Positions 38,218 to 48,728 of a DNA stretch of 64,000 bases are shown here, in pieces. The first letter of the stretch is position 1. Each line of letters starts with the position of its first letter. Below the pieces are notes generated by a model that made no database searches, was not told the DNA's origin, and was given only the letters and a program-made list of their open reading frames with translations. Source of the stretch: an uncultured virus (IMG/VR IMGVR_UViG_3300028393_000050) (taxonomy: Duplodnaviria > Heunggongvirae > Uroviricota > Caudoviricetes); IMG/VR virus record IMGVR_UViG_3300028393_000050; one strand, given 5' to 3'. Both the position numbers and the translations under genes were made by a program.

Positions 38218-40512
38218 ATGACTAAATATGCTGGCGCGGTATACGGTACTACAGGTCTCACTTATGGTGAGGTACTTGACAGTACTACGTCGCTAACTGT
38301 AAGCCCGTTCACAGCAACTTCTACTAATTACAAAACTATTTCTATAAATTTTGGTACCCCTTCAGGTTCTTTTAGCAGAATTATAATTGTAAGAAATTCA
38401 TTGGGTTTTCCTGTGACCCCAGACGATGGCGACAGGATTATTGATGCTGCTAATACATCTTCTATTGCCTTACCGTATGTAGATACTGGCGGTTACATAG
38501 ATTTAACTACAAGCACTTTTATAAACTCAGTTGGCGGTGTTCCATTAACACTAGTTGAAGGTAAAGCTTACTATTATTCTATATTTTTGCTTGTAAGCTC
38601 TACTTGGCAAAGAGTTGGAAATACAATTGGCCTATCAGTTAAAAATTACAGTACCACTGATGTAATGTATGACTATTTACCTCTTCCATATAAACTTCCA
38701 AATTTAGAAGTAACAGATTCTAGTTCAGATACCAACAGTGCTTTATATAACTTTTTAAAAACTTTTGGTTTTACTTTTGATATTTGGAAAACTCAAGCTG
38801 AAAATATTAGAAACAGGTACGACGTTGATAATATTCATGGAAGATTGATTCCTAATATGTTGAATCAATTTGGTTTACCATTTGAAGATGAGTTAGGTAT
38901 TCAACAAGGGCGACGACTACTTAAAAATGTATCTAATATCCATACTAAAAAGGGCTCTATCGATGGACTTAAAACATTTATTACTGCGTTTACTGGATAT
39001 AACGTAACTATTGGAAGTTTAAGAAATTTATTATTAACTTTAAATGACGGTTCTTTTGAATATAGTTTAGGTGGTTGGGTAGGTTCTGATGCAAGTAGTA
39101 GCATTAGCCAAATATCCGGAGGAGCTGAATCACCCGCAGTTACCCCTTATTCAGAATCAGGTTATCCCGCTAATTACTCCAATAGCACACTTGGTATTTT
39201 AAAAGCTACTAGATTAAGTACCACTGGTGCTATAACATTTGCTTGCGGAACATCGTATAAAAACGTATTTGTTAATCCTCAAACCCCGTTATTGTCCAAC
39301 GGCACTAATGTCACTTTAACTACAAACGTAAACCACGGGTTATCTGTTGGGCAAATTATTACAATAAGTGGTGTTGCTCCTTCAGGCTATAATGCTACAA
39401 ATGCAGCTGTAACTGCTATAAATGGGCCAAATCAATTTACTTATGCTAACGCTACTACAGGAGCAATTCTTACTGGCGGAACAGTTAATATAGCCACCTT
39501 TGCCCCTAGACTTGCTGGAGTTCCTGTAACTCCTGGCTCTACATATACGCTGTCTCTGTATACTCGAGCTAAAACTACCGCTAGGACAGTGAACCAATCT
39601 ATTTCTTGGTATGACTACAGGGGAAACTTTATTAGCACTTCTACGGCTTCTGGAAGCGCTAACAGCACGTCTGCATGGACAAGGCCAACTGTTCACACAG
39701 CTACAGCCCCATTAAACGCTGAGTATGCTGTGCCTACAGTTTCAATTCTTGCAGCCGTTGCTTCTGAAGTTCACTATGTAGACGCTGTTCAACTTGAACA
39801 ATCGGCGTCAGCGGCTACTTATGCAGACCCTCGCCGCGTAGATATATTTCTTCAAGCTAATCGAATTAATTTAATTTTAAACCCATCTTTTGAAACTAAT
39901 GCTACTAACTGGGTTGCTGGAACAAACACAACAATTGCTAGAAACGCATCTAATGGATATTCGGGCACTTCATCGCTTGCTTTAACTGCATCTGCTGCTG
40001 GGGATAGTTGGGCTAGCATAACTTCAGGAGTTAGTGCTACAGTTGGCTCTAATTACACAGCGTCTATGTATGTAAAGTCTGCAGCTACTTCTAGGGATGC
40101 TCAAATAAGACTTGACTGGTATAACGGAGCTAGTTTATTGTCTACGACATCAGGAACTAGCGTTTCTACTAGTACTAGCGCTTGGACTCGTGTATCAGTG
40201 ACCGGAACTGCTCCTCTCAATACCACAGCAGTAGTAGCTACTGTTAGAATAATATCTGCGGCAACTAGTGAAGTGCATTATTTTGATGCTGCATTACTTG
40301 AGCAATCTGATACTCTTAACCCTTATTTTGATGGCTCTACCGGTCAATTATTGACAACCGATCTTCTTTGGGAAGATAATTTACCTTCAGGCGGTCGCGG
40401 GCTGTATTTTAAAAACAGATTATCTACTTTAAACCGTTTAAACCTATACTTACCTGAGTATTTGCCTATTGGCACTTCTTACGCAGTCATAGCTGGTAAA
40501 ACTACATCTTGA
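38218..40512 (+). CDS. Baseplate/tail protein (P2 gpI-like) with carbohydrate-binding-type modules
   Basis: KKGS..GL; NL..NPSFE and Y.DA..LEQ repeated domains. Confidence 0.7.
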   Translation: MTKYAGAVYGTTGLTYGEVLDSTTSLTVSPFTATSTNYKTISINFGTPSGSFSRIIIVRNSLGFPVTPDDGDRIIDAANTSSIALPYVDTGGYIDLTTSTFINSVGGVPLTLVEGKAYYYSIFLLVSSTWQRVGNTIGLSVKNYSTTDVMYDYLPLPYKLPNLEVTDSSSDTNSALYNFLKTFGFTFDIWKTQAENIRNRYDVDNIHGRLIPNMLNQFGLPFEDELGIQQGRRLLKNVSNIHTKKGSIDGLKTFITAFTGYNVTIGSLRNLLLTLNDGSFEYSLGGWVGSDASSSISQISGGAESPAVTPYSESGYPANYSNSTLGILKATRLSTTGAITFACGTSYKNVFVNPQTPLLSNGTNVTLTTNVNHGLSVGQIITISGVAPSGYNATNAAVTAINGPNQFTYANATTGAILTGGTVNIATFAPRLAGVPVTPGSTYTLSLYTRAKTTARTVNQSISWYDYRGNFISTSTASGSANSTSAWTRPTVHTATAPLNAEYAVPTVSILAAVASEVHYVDAVQLEQSASAATYADPRRVDIFLQANRINLILNPSFETNATNWVAGTNTTIARNASNGYSGTSSLALTASAAGDSWASITSGVSATVGSNYTASMYVKSAATSRDAQIRLDWYNGASLLSTTSGTSVSTSTSAWTRVSVTGTAPLNTTAVVATVRIISAATSEVHYFDAALLEQSDTLNPYFDGSTGQLLTTDLLWEDNLPSGGRGLYFKNRLSTLNRLNLYLPEYLPIGTSYAVIAGKTTS

Positions 40513-40536
40513 CGACTTACACTTTTTGTGTATACT
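40509..40536 (+). promoter_or_regulatory. SigA-like promoter for replication operon
   Basis: TTGACG-N16-TATACT upstream of AGGAGG RBS. Confidence 0.55.
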
Positions 40537-40562
40537 AATACTTCCGTTCATAGGAGGTAAAT

Positions 40563-41177
40563 ATGAGACGAGTAACCATCGCGGTTATAGGTAACGCAAA
40601 AACAACCAGAGCTAACGTAGAGGCTCTAATCAGTGACGTAGTAGATTCAGTTGACGAAGCAACCATTGCGCTAGTGTACGACAAAAACCCTGCTGATGGG
40701 GTTACTTGGGCAGAACAATGGGCTACAGATAAAGAACTCCCATTAACTAAGTATCCAAATAATAACTATGATGCTCTATTTTCTGAGCATAATTTAGATG
40801 AAATTAAATTCTTTATGCTTTGGGGTGACGAAGACCCTGAATGTCAGCTAGCGGCTTCTAAGGCACAAGAATCTCGTATTTTGGCCTATGACCTTACAGA
40901 TGGTCTAATACTAATACCGTTGAACTCGGAACCTATTGTACGCCCAGTAAAATCTGTAATGCCTATAGTAGAAACTAAAGTTACTGAAGATTTATTCCCG
41001 GTTGAAGAAAAATTATCTGCTATTGAAGAAGTTTTATCTGAAGAAGAGGAACCAGATGATGATGATTATGATAGCGAGTACGACCTAGAAAAAAATCTAG
41101 TTGTGCTAGTGTCTGAGATGGGTAAGATTTTTGCTCAGTCATTTGCTAAAGAATTTAAACGCATCATCAAGGAATAG
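40563..41177 (+). CDS. Hypothetical protein, possible SLOG/Rossmann-like fold
   Basis: IAVIGN start, acidic tail, AGGAGG RBS. Confidence 0.6.
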   Translation: MRRVTIAVIGNAKTTRANVEALISDVVDSVDEATIALVYDKNPADGVTWAEQWATDKELPLTKYPNNNYDALFSEHNLDEIKFFMLWGDEDPECQLAASKAQESRILAYDLTDGLILIPLNSEPIVRPVKSVMPIVETKVTEDLFPVEEKLSAIEEVLSEEEEPDDDDYDSEYDLEKNLVVLVSEMGKIFAQSFAKEFKRIIKE

Positions 41178-41178
41178 C

Positions 41179-42051
41179 ATGTCTATCAATATTAGTCGGC
41201 AGTCACAGGACTGCCTAGCTTTCCTATACCTAAACCCAACTCTTATAATAAATCACCGTACCCTGATGGAACACAAGGGCTTAAGCAGACGCAAAAGCCT
41301 ACTTGTTTTACAGGAGTTACGAGACGCAAATTGCATCAAAATGACTAGAATAGTTGGTGCAGGTACCAAAACTAAAGTGGTAATGTCTGACGTGACCAAA
41401 TCGGTCATATCAGGTTATCGCCATATAGCAGTACAGCTAGTAAGCCATATTTCTAATAGCAATACAGCTAGTACTACTAATATAGCTACAAATAAATTCC
41501 TCGACGAGGTCGAGGGGAAGGAAAAAGAAGTGGGTTATGAGTACTTTAAAAAGATGTCGTCTCCAGATGACGATACTCTGGTTGACCGCGCAAAACATCT
41601 GGCGCAGAAGAAAGCCGAGTACGTGGAGGTTCGCGAGGCTAAGGCGCAAAAACGCAAAGACCAGCATCGCTCCAAGATTTCTCCATCAGACTGGACTTGC
41701 AAAGACGTTGCCTACGAGTTTGGGGACCGTATGGCTGACATCTGGTCCATCAAGCCCTTCAGTGTCACTCAGTCCCGGTTTGTACAGGCACTCTCGGTAT
41801 TCCGGAAACAGCATGATACGAACGGTGAAGTGGAGCTCAAACTCATCGAGTTATTCTTCAGCACCCTCAAGTCTGAGAAATATACCGACGGAAACCATTT
41901 ATGGCGAGCCTTCCTCTACAAAGCCCCCAGCTTGCTAATGCAGGCTCGTGAGAGTATCATCACGGTAGAGCAGATGGAAACGAACATTATTCGTGACCAA
42001 GAACTGACTAACCGTAAGCTTGCTTTGCTAGACGAGGATGAAAATGTATAA
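41179..42051 (+). CDS. Putative replication initiator (N-terminal HTH)
   Basis: wHTH-like N-terminus; directly upstream of DnaC-like ATPase. Confidence 0.55.
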   Translation: MSINISRQSQDCLAFLYLNPTLIINHRTLMEHKGLSRRKSLLVLQELRDANCIKMTRIVGAGTKTKVVMSDVTKSVISGYRHIAVQLVSHISNSNTASTTNIATNKFLDEVEGKEKEVGYEYFKKMSSPDDDTLVDRAKHLAQKKAEYVEVREAKAQKRKDQHRSKISPSDWTCKDVAYEFGDRMADIWSIKPFSVTQSRFVQALSVFRKQHDTNGEVELKLIELFFSTLKSEKYTDGNHLWRAFLYKAPSLLMQARESIITVEQMETNIIRDQELTNRKLALLDEDENV

Positions 42052-42730
42052 ACCAAACGATTTGCCGGCCCGTAGACGGACTTGGGTGAAGATTGCGAGT
42101 ATACCCCCAGCTAAGCTTGGTTGGACCCTTGAGGACTGTTCTGACGTCTCTGCGGATGTAATGACGGCCGTCTCTAGGTGGTTTTCCGCAGTAACTTCAG
42201 ACAGGGTAATCCGAGCCGAGGGTAAGCAAACTTGTGGCCTTGGTTTAATGCTTTACGGACTTCCAGGCCGCGGTAAGACCACAATGGCTAATACTTTGAT
42301 TCAAGAAGTCCTACGTAAAGCAGCACCAGAAATTTTAGGTATGGAACCGGGTAAAACCGTTTCTCGCCCTTGCTACTTCATCACTTACAATGCCTTGCTT
42401 GACCTAAAAGGCTCAATTATGGAAAGCCATGAGAACGAGGATGAGTTGCTTTACAACGGCATTCTTGGTGAGGCGTATGACGACGCTTACAACGTACGTG
42501 TTTTAGTTTTAGATGACGTAGGTAAAGAACACGCTAGTGCATCAGGGTGGCAAAAGAATATGCTTCATCATGTTCTTCGCACCCGTTTTAATAATGGTTT
42601 GCCTACTATTGTTACTACCAATATCAAGATAGACGACTGGGAGGCTCACTATGGGTCTGCTACACAGTCGTTTGTTCACGAAGCGTTTATTTACGTAAAC
42701 ATGGATTCATCATCGGATTTGAGAAAGTAA
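42044..42730 (+). CDS. DnaC/IstB-like helicase loader
   Basis: G.PGRGKT, LVLDDVGKE, R.NNGLPTIVTTN. Confidence 0.88.
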   Translation: MYKPNDLPARRRTWVKIASIPPAKLGWTLEDCSDVSADVMTAVSRWFSAVTSDRVIRAEGKQTCGLGLMLYGLPGRGKTTMANTLIQEVLRKAAPEILGMEPGKTVSRPCYFITYNALLDLKGSIMESHENEDELLYNGILGEAYDDAYNVRVLVLDDVGKEHASASGWQKNMLHHVLRTRFNNGLPTIVTTNIKIDDWEAHYGSATQSFVHEAFIYVNMDSSSDLRK

Positions 42731-43029
42731 TGACTGACAAAAGGTTATTACAAATTTTTTTAACTAATCAGTCTGATAATCCAGGACCAGGAATATTTGA
42801 AGTAAGTAGCGATGCAAATAAAAAACTACTTTGCACTTGTCCCGGGTTTGCGTCAAAAACTAGTTGCAAACATACGGCTTTAATTGAAAGCAGAATTCAA
42901 AAAAATAATGGAATTTATCAATTTGATTTTGCTACTAAAGTAACTAAGCAAGAATTGTCTGACGCAATGAAAACAGAGCAAACTTTTAGAGAGCTTGTTT
43001 TAAAGTACGGCAAAGTTGAGGTTTATTAA
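42730..43029 (+). CDS. SWIM Zn-finger protein
   Basis: CTCPGF....CKH. Confidence 0.75.
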   Translation: MTDKRLLQIFLTNQSDNPGPGIFEVSSDANKKLLCTCPGFASKTSCKHTALIESRIQKNNGIYQFDFATKVTKQELSDAMKTEQTFRELVLKYGKVEVY

Positions 43030-43436
43030 TGCAAGGCAACGATATTAGCAATTCGTTACCACAACGTGTTATAGTAACTGCTGATGTAATAGTCGATGTT
43101 TACGTGGAGGACCGAAAGGTTCTTGGGTTCGTACCGGTTAAAAAACGGCGTAAAGAATATAACAGGATGGTGCTTAGCCACTTGTATATGACTACGCTTA
43201 AACGTGGTATTACAATGGAGCTTATTAGTTTTACTCATTCTGAAGAAGAAATGGTAGAGTTAATGCTTCACTTAGACAAGGTCGGAACAAATCCGTTTCG
43301 TTATGGCTCGTCTTACAAATCGGTAGATAAGTTAGTTGCAGAACTTCCTTATAGACCAGAGGTTATCGGTGTAATTGATATACCATCGCGACTACTTCGG
43401 TATGGTCGATGGGGAATGGACTTTCCTTCATTATGA
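43029..43436 (+). CDS. Hypothetical protein
   Basis: Coupled in replication operon. Confidence 0.65.
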   Translation: MQGNDISNSLPQRVIVTADVIVDVYVEDRKVLGFVPVKKRRKEYNRMVLSHLYMTTLKRGITMELISFTHSEEEMVELMLHLDKVGTNPFRYGSSYKSVDKLVAELPYRPEVIGVIDIPSRLLRYGRWGMDFPSL

Positions 43437-44659
43437 GTACAGAAACAAAACTAATTGGTGCGGCTATTCGTGTCCGCGATTTATCTCCGCTATTTGAGCG
43501 GGGGGTATCAGATTCTTGGTTTTCTAACGAAGACGATAAACGTGTCTGGACTTACCTGCGTACTCATTTTGCTAAGTATGGCGAAAGCCCTAGCGAAGAA
43601 GTAGTTGTAGCAAATTTTCCTACATATCGCATAGCAGAACTAACTGACTCAATCGACTTTTTACTAGATGACCTTGTAGACAAACGTCGTAAACTTTCTA
43701 TCAGCAATACGCTACGTCAAGCCGTAGAGGCAATCCAAAATGAAAAAGACCACGAAGCCGCATTATTGGTTATGCAGGGTGGTCTTGTAAAGCTTGAAGT
43801 AGAGGGCTTAAACAAAACCTCAGATATTAACCTTATTCAAACCACAGAGTCACGTTGGGAAGATTACTTATTCCGTAAGAACAACCCAGGCCTATTGGGA
43901 GTTGCTACTGGGTTCCCTACAATTGACACCGTAACTAACGGATTGCAAAATGGCCAATTGATTGTAATTGTTGCTACACCTAAGACCGGTAAGTCAACAC
44001 TAGCTTTGCAGATTGCCAATAACGTACATAAGCAAAACTTATCTCCAATGTTTCAATCGTTTGAGATGACTAACCGTGAACAGCAAAACCGATATGACTC
44101 AATGCGTGCGCTTGTTTCTCATAACCGCCTTATATCAGGTACGTTAAGCAAAGAAGAGGAAAAGCGATTCCAGGATGCACTAGCCACAATGGCGGATGAC
44201 CCTACAAACTTTTGGCTTGTAGATGCCGCTCACGGAATCACCGTGTCGTCTATCCAAAGCAAAATTCAAACCCTTAACCCAGACGTTGTATTTATTGACG
44301 GCGTGTACTTGATGATGGATGAGCAGACCGGTGAATCAAATACCCCACAAGCTTTGACTGGTATTACACGTTCTTTAAAACGGTTAGCCCAGCGCACAAA
44401 CAAGCCAATCGTTATTACCACACAGGCGCTTAACTGGAAAACCAAAAAGGGTAAGGTATCTACTGACTCAATTGGTTACTCATCTTCATTTCTACAGGAC
44501 GCAGATGTTGTGTTTGGTCTTGAGCGTGAGGACGAGAACGTAGATGATACTAGAACTCTAAAGGTTATGGCAGCTCGTAACAGCGCTAACGTAGAGGCAT
44601 CACTAATGTGGGACTGGTCTAGCGGCCTATTCCGTGAGATGACAAGCGACGACGTATGA
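43433..44659 (+). CDS. dnaB: DnaB-like replicative helicase
   Basis: TGF.TID....GLQ.GQL, PKTGKS, SFEM, FIDG.YL, QDAD. Confidence 0.92.
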   Translation: MSTETKLIGAAIRVRDLSPLFERGVSDSWFSNEDDKRVWTYLRTHFAKYGESPSEEVVVANFPTYRIAELTDSIDFLLDDLVDKRRKLSISNTLRQAVEAIQNEKDHEAALLVMQGGLVKLEVEGLNKTSDINLIQTTESRWEDYLFRKNNPGLLGVATGFPTIDTVTNGLQNGQLIVIVATPKTGKSTLALQIANNVHKQNLSPMFQSFEMTNREQQNRYDSMRALVSHNRLISGTLSKEEEKRFQDALATMADDPTNFWLVDAAHGITVSSIQSKIQTLNPDVVFIDGVYLMMDEQTGESNTPQALTGITRSLKRLAQRTNKPIVITTQALNWKTKKGKVSTDSIGYSSSFLQDADVVFGLEREDENVDDTRTLKVMAARNSANVEASLMWDWSSGLFREMTSDDV

Positions 44660-45603
44660 GACTAGAAGAGATGGAGACGGTACTACGCCGTTTAAATATC
44701 GAACCAGTAAACGCGCGTGGTTCTGAGGTACTCGCACTATGCCCAGGCCACAAAGAAATTACAGGTAAAGAAGATCGTAGCCCCTCTTGGTGGATTAACT
44801 CTGAGACCGGTGCTCACATATGTTTCTCCTGCGGATTTAAAGGTAATCTATGGTCATTGATTGCTACTGCACAAAGCTTGCGAGATGCTAATGGTTTCTT
44901 AGATTACGCAGACGCTAAAGACTGGTTATATCTATCATTCGATAACATCCAACTAGGTACGCATGAAGAAGAAGAACAAGAGTCGGTGTTTAAAGAAGTT
45001 ACGACTATTACAGAGTCTAGGCTTGCCTTGTTCACATACCCACCCCAGCACGCATTAACTGCCCGCGGGTTTACTTTGCAAGCGGCAGAAAAACACCAGT
45101 TACTTTGGGATACAGCACACTCAAATTGGATTTCCGTAATCCGTGACCCGCATTCAAATAAATTGTTGGGTTGGCAGGAGAAAGGCTTTAGTCGCCGTTA
45201 TTTCCGAAACTACCCACAGGGTGTAGAAAAATCCACAACGCTGTTCGGCCTTAATAAGTACACAGGTGGACGCATGATTATCGTAGAGTCTCCGTTAGAC
45301 GTGGTAAGATTAGAGTCAATTGGAATAACCGGTGCGGTATCCACCTACGGCTCTATGATTTCTAATACTCAGCTTGACTTGATAAAAGAGGCAGACGAAA
45401 TTATGTTTGCCTTAGATAACGACGAGTCAGGTATTAACTCATCTAAGAAGATGTTAGAACATAACTTTGAGGCTTGGTACTTTAACTACGGCCATACTGA
45501 GATGAAAGATGTAGGTGCCATGAGCCGCCTTGAGATATTGACCGGGTTAGACAACGCCAAGCATTCTGTAAACGGTTTAGGAGCCTTGACATGGGATTTG
45601 TAG
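44656..45603 (+). CDS. dnaG: DNA primase (Zn finger + TOPRIM)
   Basis: CP.H...CFSC; VES.LD; DNDESG; KD. Confidence 0.88.
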   Translation: MRLEEMETVLRRLNIEPVNARGSEVLALCPGHKEITGKEDRSPSWWINSETGAHICFSCGFKGNLWSLIATAQSLRDANGFLDYADAKDWLYLSFDNIQLGTHEEEEQESVFKEVTTITESRLALFTYPPQHALTARGFTLQAAEKHQLLWDTAHSNWISVIRDPHSNKLLGWQEKGFSRRYFRNYPQGVEKSTTLFGLNKYTGGRMIIVESPLDVVRLESIGITGAVSTYGSMISNTQLDLIKEADEIMFALDNDESGINSSKKMLEHNFEAWYFNYGHTEMKDVGAMSRLEILTGLDNAKHSVNGLGALTWDL

Positions 45604-47174
45604 GAACACTGCTTCCATATCAGCCAGAGGCTGTAGACAAAATGATTGAGCGCGGCAAGATGCTTGTTGCTTATGACTTAGGGCTTGGTAAAACCGTATT
45701 GACGATTGCGGCTATTGAAGAATTAATGGATGAAGGCAATATAACTGAGCCAGGTTTGATAATTTGCCTATCTAGCCTTAAGTACCAGTGGCAGTCTTCT
45801 ATTACTAAGTTTACTAACGGCTCAAACTCAATTGTTATTGACGGTAACCCAGAGCAGCGCAAAAAGCAATACGACCGAGCCATGCGATGGAAGACCTCTA
45901 AAATTGACTACGTAATCATGAACTACGAACAGGTGGTAAATGATTGGGAGTTTGTAAGCAAGCTGCCTAGAGGATTTATTGTTTTAGATGAAGCCACTGC
46001 TATCAAGTCATTTAAGTCAAAGCGTGCTAAGGCTGTTAAGAAACTGGCTACTTGCAAATATAGGTTTGCTCTTACTGGGACTCCAGTAGAAAACGGCAAG
46101 CCAGAGGAGCTCTTCAGCATCATGCAATTTGTTGACGACAGCGTGCTGGGGCGATTCGATAAGTTTGATATGACATTTATTGTTCGTAATGCTTGGGGTG
46201 GCGTAGACCGCTATCGCAATCTATCTACCTTGCATGAGCGCATGAAGACAGCGTCTGTTCGTAAAGCTCAGAAAGACCCTGATGTTGCGCCATTTCTACC
46301 TGACACAATACATAAAGACCCAATATTTGTAATGATGGACCGAAAGACAGCTAAGTTATATAAACGTATTTCAGATGACTTGCTAATGGATTTAGATAAC
46401 GCTCAAACGCTTTTTGGAAGCTCTTTTAACGTATTAGCTCATTATGGCTTTGAAAAGTCATGGGGAGGCCCAGCAGACGAACTACGCGGACAGGTTATGT
46501 CTAAATTAGGTTGTCTTAAAATGCTAACTTGCTCTCCAGAACTTCTTAAAGTAAGCGCAAAAAAGTTTAGGAATGGTAACGGTGAAGGCTCTGCTTATGC
46601 TGCTCAGTTAGACGAAGAGGAACTGTTAGAAGGGCTTTCTAGCTCAAAACTTGAGGCATTTGTAAGTTATGCTAAAGACTTTTTAGAACAAGATGAACAT
46701 AATAAACTAGTAGTGTTCTGTACCTACGTAGACATGGTAGATATTATTGCTGACCGTCTTGGACGTGACATTAGTGTTACGTACACAGGGCAGCTTGACG
46801 CTAAGACAAAGGAAAAACATAAAAATGCTCTCAATAACGACCCTTCTATTCGTGTGTTCGTTAGTTCTGACGCCGGTGGTTATGGCGTGGACCTTCCGGC
46901 GGCGAACATGCTCATTAACTATGATTTACCTTGGTCTTCTGGTTTGGCTACTCAGCGTAACGGCCGCATTCGTAGGGCTTCTTCTGAGTGGAAAACCATT
47001 GTGATTCAAGATGTGCTGGTTACTAACTCAATTGAAGTACGTCAACACTCCGCACTTCAACAAAAAAACGCAATTGCCTCAGCCGTAATTGATGGTGAGG
47101 GTATTAACGATAACGGTGGAGTGGACTTGACAATTGGCACACTTCGTGGTTTCCTATTAGATATGTCGGTGTAA
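45591..47174 (+). CDS. SNF2-family helicase
   Basis: GLGKT, LDEA, LTGTP.EN, G.DL, QR.GR..R. Confidence 0.9.
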   Translation: MGFVGTLLPYQPEAVDKMIERGKMLVAYDLGLGKTVLTIAAIEELMDEGNITEPGLIICLSSLKYQWQSSITKFTNGSNSIVIDGNPEQRKKQYDRAMRWKTSKIDYVIMNYEQVVNDWEFVSKLPRGFIVLDEATAIKSFKSKRAKAVKKLATCKYRFALTGTPVENGKPEELFSIMQFVDDSVLGRFDKFDMTFIVRNAWGGVDRYRNLSTLHERMKTASVRKAQKDPDVAPFLPDTIHKDPIFVMMDRKTAKLYKRISDDLLMDLDNAQTLFGSSFNVLAHYGFEKSWGGPADELRGQVMSKLGCLKMLTCSPELLKVSAKKFRNGNGEGSAYAAQLDEEELLEGLSSSKLEAFVSYAKDFLEQDEHNKLVVFCTYVDMVDIIADRLGRDISVTYTGQLDAKTKEKHKNALNNDPSIRVFVSSDAGGYGVDLPAANMLINYDLPWSSGLATQRNGRIRRASSEWKTIVIQDVLVTNSIEVRQHSALQQKNAIASAVIDGEGINDNGGVDLTIGTLRGFLLDMSV

Positions 47175-47175
47175 C

Positions 47176-47349
47176 ATGCCTAACTATCAATATAAATGCC
47201 TTGATTGTGAAGCTACTTGCACGACTACACAAGATATAAACAAAGAAACAAAGATACCTAAGTGTCTTGCTTGCAATAAACCAATGGTCAGGGTTTTCGG
47301 AAACCTTGCAGTTCAGTTTAGAGGCGGCGGCTGGGGAAGAGGAAACTAA
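47176..47349 (+). CDS. FmdB-family Zn-ribbon protein
   Basis: MP.YQYKC..C...P.C..C...M.RVF.....F.G.GW (manual translation). Confidence 0.8.
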   Translation: MPNYQYKCLDCEATCTTTQDINKETKIPKCLACNKPMVRVFGNLAVQFRGGGWGRGN

Positions 47350-47603
47350 TGGCACTTGGACAAATGATGACCTTTGATGAATGGTTACAGTATGGACTTA
47401 CACAAGGATGGTGCGGCCCATCAATCTGTGAAACGCATGATGGTATGCCCATGACTATTGAAGAAGAAAACGCGTATGAGGCAGGGGAAGACCCTTGCAT
47501 CCATATACTTAGGCTTTACGATAGCCAGTTAGATAAAGCTGAAGTAGAAAAAAATCATTCACCAAGCACTTGGAGAGCAACTAACTCTGGGTATGAACTA
47601 TAA
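47349..47603 (+). CDS. Hypothetical protein
   Basis: GWCGP..C.THDG.P motif. Confidence 0.7.
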   Translation: MALGQMMTFDEWLQYGLTQGWCGPSICETHDGMPMTIEEENAYEAGEDPCIHILRLYDSQLDKAEVEKNHSPSTWRATNSGYEL

Positions 47604-47612
47604 GGAGATAAA

Positions 47613-47741
47613 ATGGCAAAAGGAAAGCCAGCACCAGCACCAGTTAAGAAAGCCGGAGACGGCCGCAATAACGGTAAAGCACCAAAAAAGCGCCCAAAGA
47701 TTTTTGACGCAATTAAGCGCAAACTAGTTCGCAAGAAGTAA
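47613..47741 (+). CDS. 42-aa basic protein
   Basis: AAGGAG RBS; MAKGKPAPAPVKK...KRKLVRKK. Confidence 0.65.
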   Translation: MAKGKPAPAPVKKAGDGRNNGKAPKKRPKIFDAIKRKLVRKK

Positions 47742-47743
47742 AG

Positions 47744-48298
47744 ATGTTATTACTCCCTAATAAAAAATACGACGTTATCTTAATGGACCCGCCATGGTCT
47801 TATTATGGCGCACAAGACAAGATGGGGGCTGCTGCAAAGTTTTATCCAACTATGTCGGATGAAGACTTAATAGCTATGGATATCCAAAGTATCCTAAACA
47901 AACCTGGCGTAATTTTTATGTGGGTAACATCGCCTCGCCTGGACTTTGCTATTGATCTTCTACGAGCATGGGGGTTTACATATAGAGGAGTTGCATTTAC
48001 ATGGGTGAAGACTCGCAAGGACGGCCTAACTCCAATCGGCGCGCAAGGCGTCCGCCCGAGCATCGTAAAACCGACAACGGAGTTTGTTATTGTTGCTTCA
48101 ACCGTTACCAAGGGCCGACCCCTACCCCTTGCGGACGAGGGTGTTCCCCATGTGGTTCTTGCTGCAAAGATGGAGCACTCGAGGAAGCCAGACGAAATCC
48201 ACCGAAGGATTGAGCGTCTGTACCCCAGCCAAGCAAAGCTAGAAATGTTTGCTCGTCGTCCTATGGATGGCTGGGATGTTTGGGGCAATGAGATATAA
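47744..48298 (+). CDS. MT-A70-family N6-adenine methyltransferase
   Basis: YDVI..DPPW, HSRKP, LEMFAR...GW..WGNE. Confidence 0.9.
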   Translation: MLLLPNKKYDVILMDPPWSYYGAQDKMGAAAKFYPTMSDEDLIAMDIQSILNKPGVIFMWVTSPRLDFAIDLLRAWGFTYRGVAFTWVKTRKDGLTPIGAQGVRPSIVKPTTEFVIVASTVTKGRPLPLADEGVPHVVLAAKMEHSRKPDEIHRRIERLYPSQAKLEMFARRPMDGWDVWGNEI

Positions 48299-48316
48299 AG
48301 TCTAAAAAGTAGTTAA

Positions 48317-48351
48317 TAAAAAACCCCCTGCTAAACAACAGGGGGTTTTTA
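48317..48351. terminator. Bidirectional terminator
   Basis: TAAAAAACCCCCTG...CAGGGGGTTTTTA between convergent genes. Confidence 0.85.
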
Positions 48352-48359
48352 CTTAAGAT

Positions 48360-48728
48360 TTAAGCCAATGGCTCTTCTTCTTCAGGGGCATCTACATGGT
48401 CTGTTAGTTCTGTTAGGTCACCAAAGTCAGCAAGTTCTGGAGTTTCAGCAGCTGATTCTTCTAGTGCTTGTTTAACTTCAGGGTCATTTGCTGATTGTTT
48501 TGCAACAGCAGCACGGAAACCTTTTTCAATGTCTTCGTTTGAAATACTTGCATCCCAAGCTAGTTGAACACCAAAGTAAATGATGATGGATGAGAATACA
48601 GTAGCAACACCATTTAAAGCACCAAGTAGTGGACCAATGCCTGATGCAGCACCAGTAGCCATACCTGGAATTGCAGCAAACATAACCACACCAATAGTGC
48701 GTTTAATTAAATTACCAAGTGCTTTCAT
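48360..48728 (-). CDS. 2-TM membrane protein (holin-like)
   Basis: Hydrophobic helices, acidic tail, coupled to M23 gene. Confidence 0.65.
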   Translation of the reverse strand: MKALGNLIKRTIGVVMFAAIPGMATGAASGIGPLLGALNGVATVFSSIIIYFGVQLAWDASISNEDIEKGFRAAVAKQSANDPEVKQALEESAAETPELADFGDLTELTDHVDAPEEEEPLA

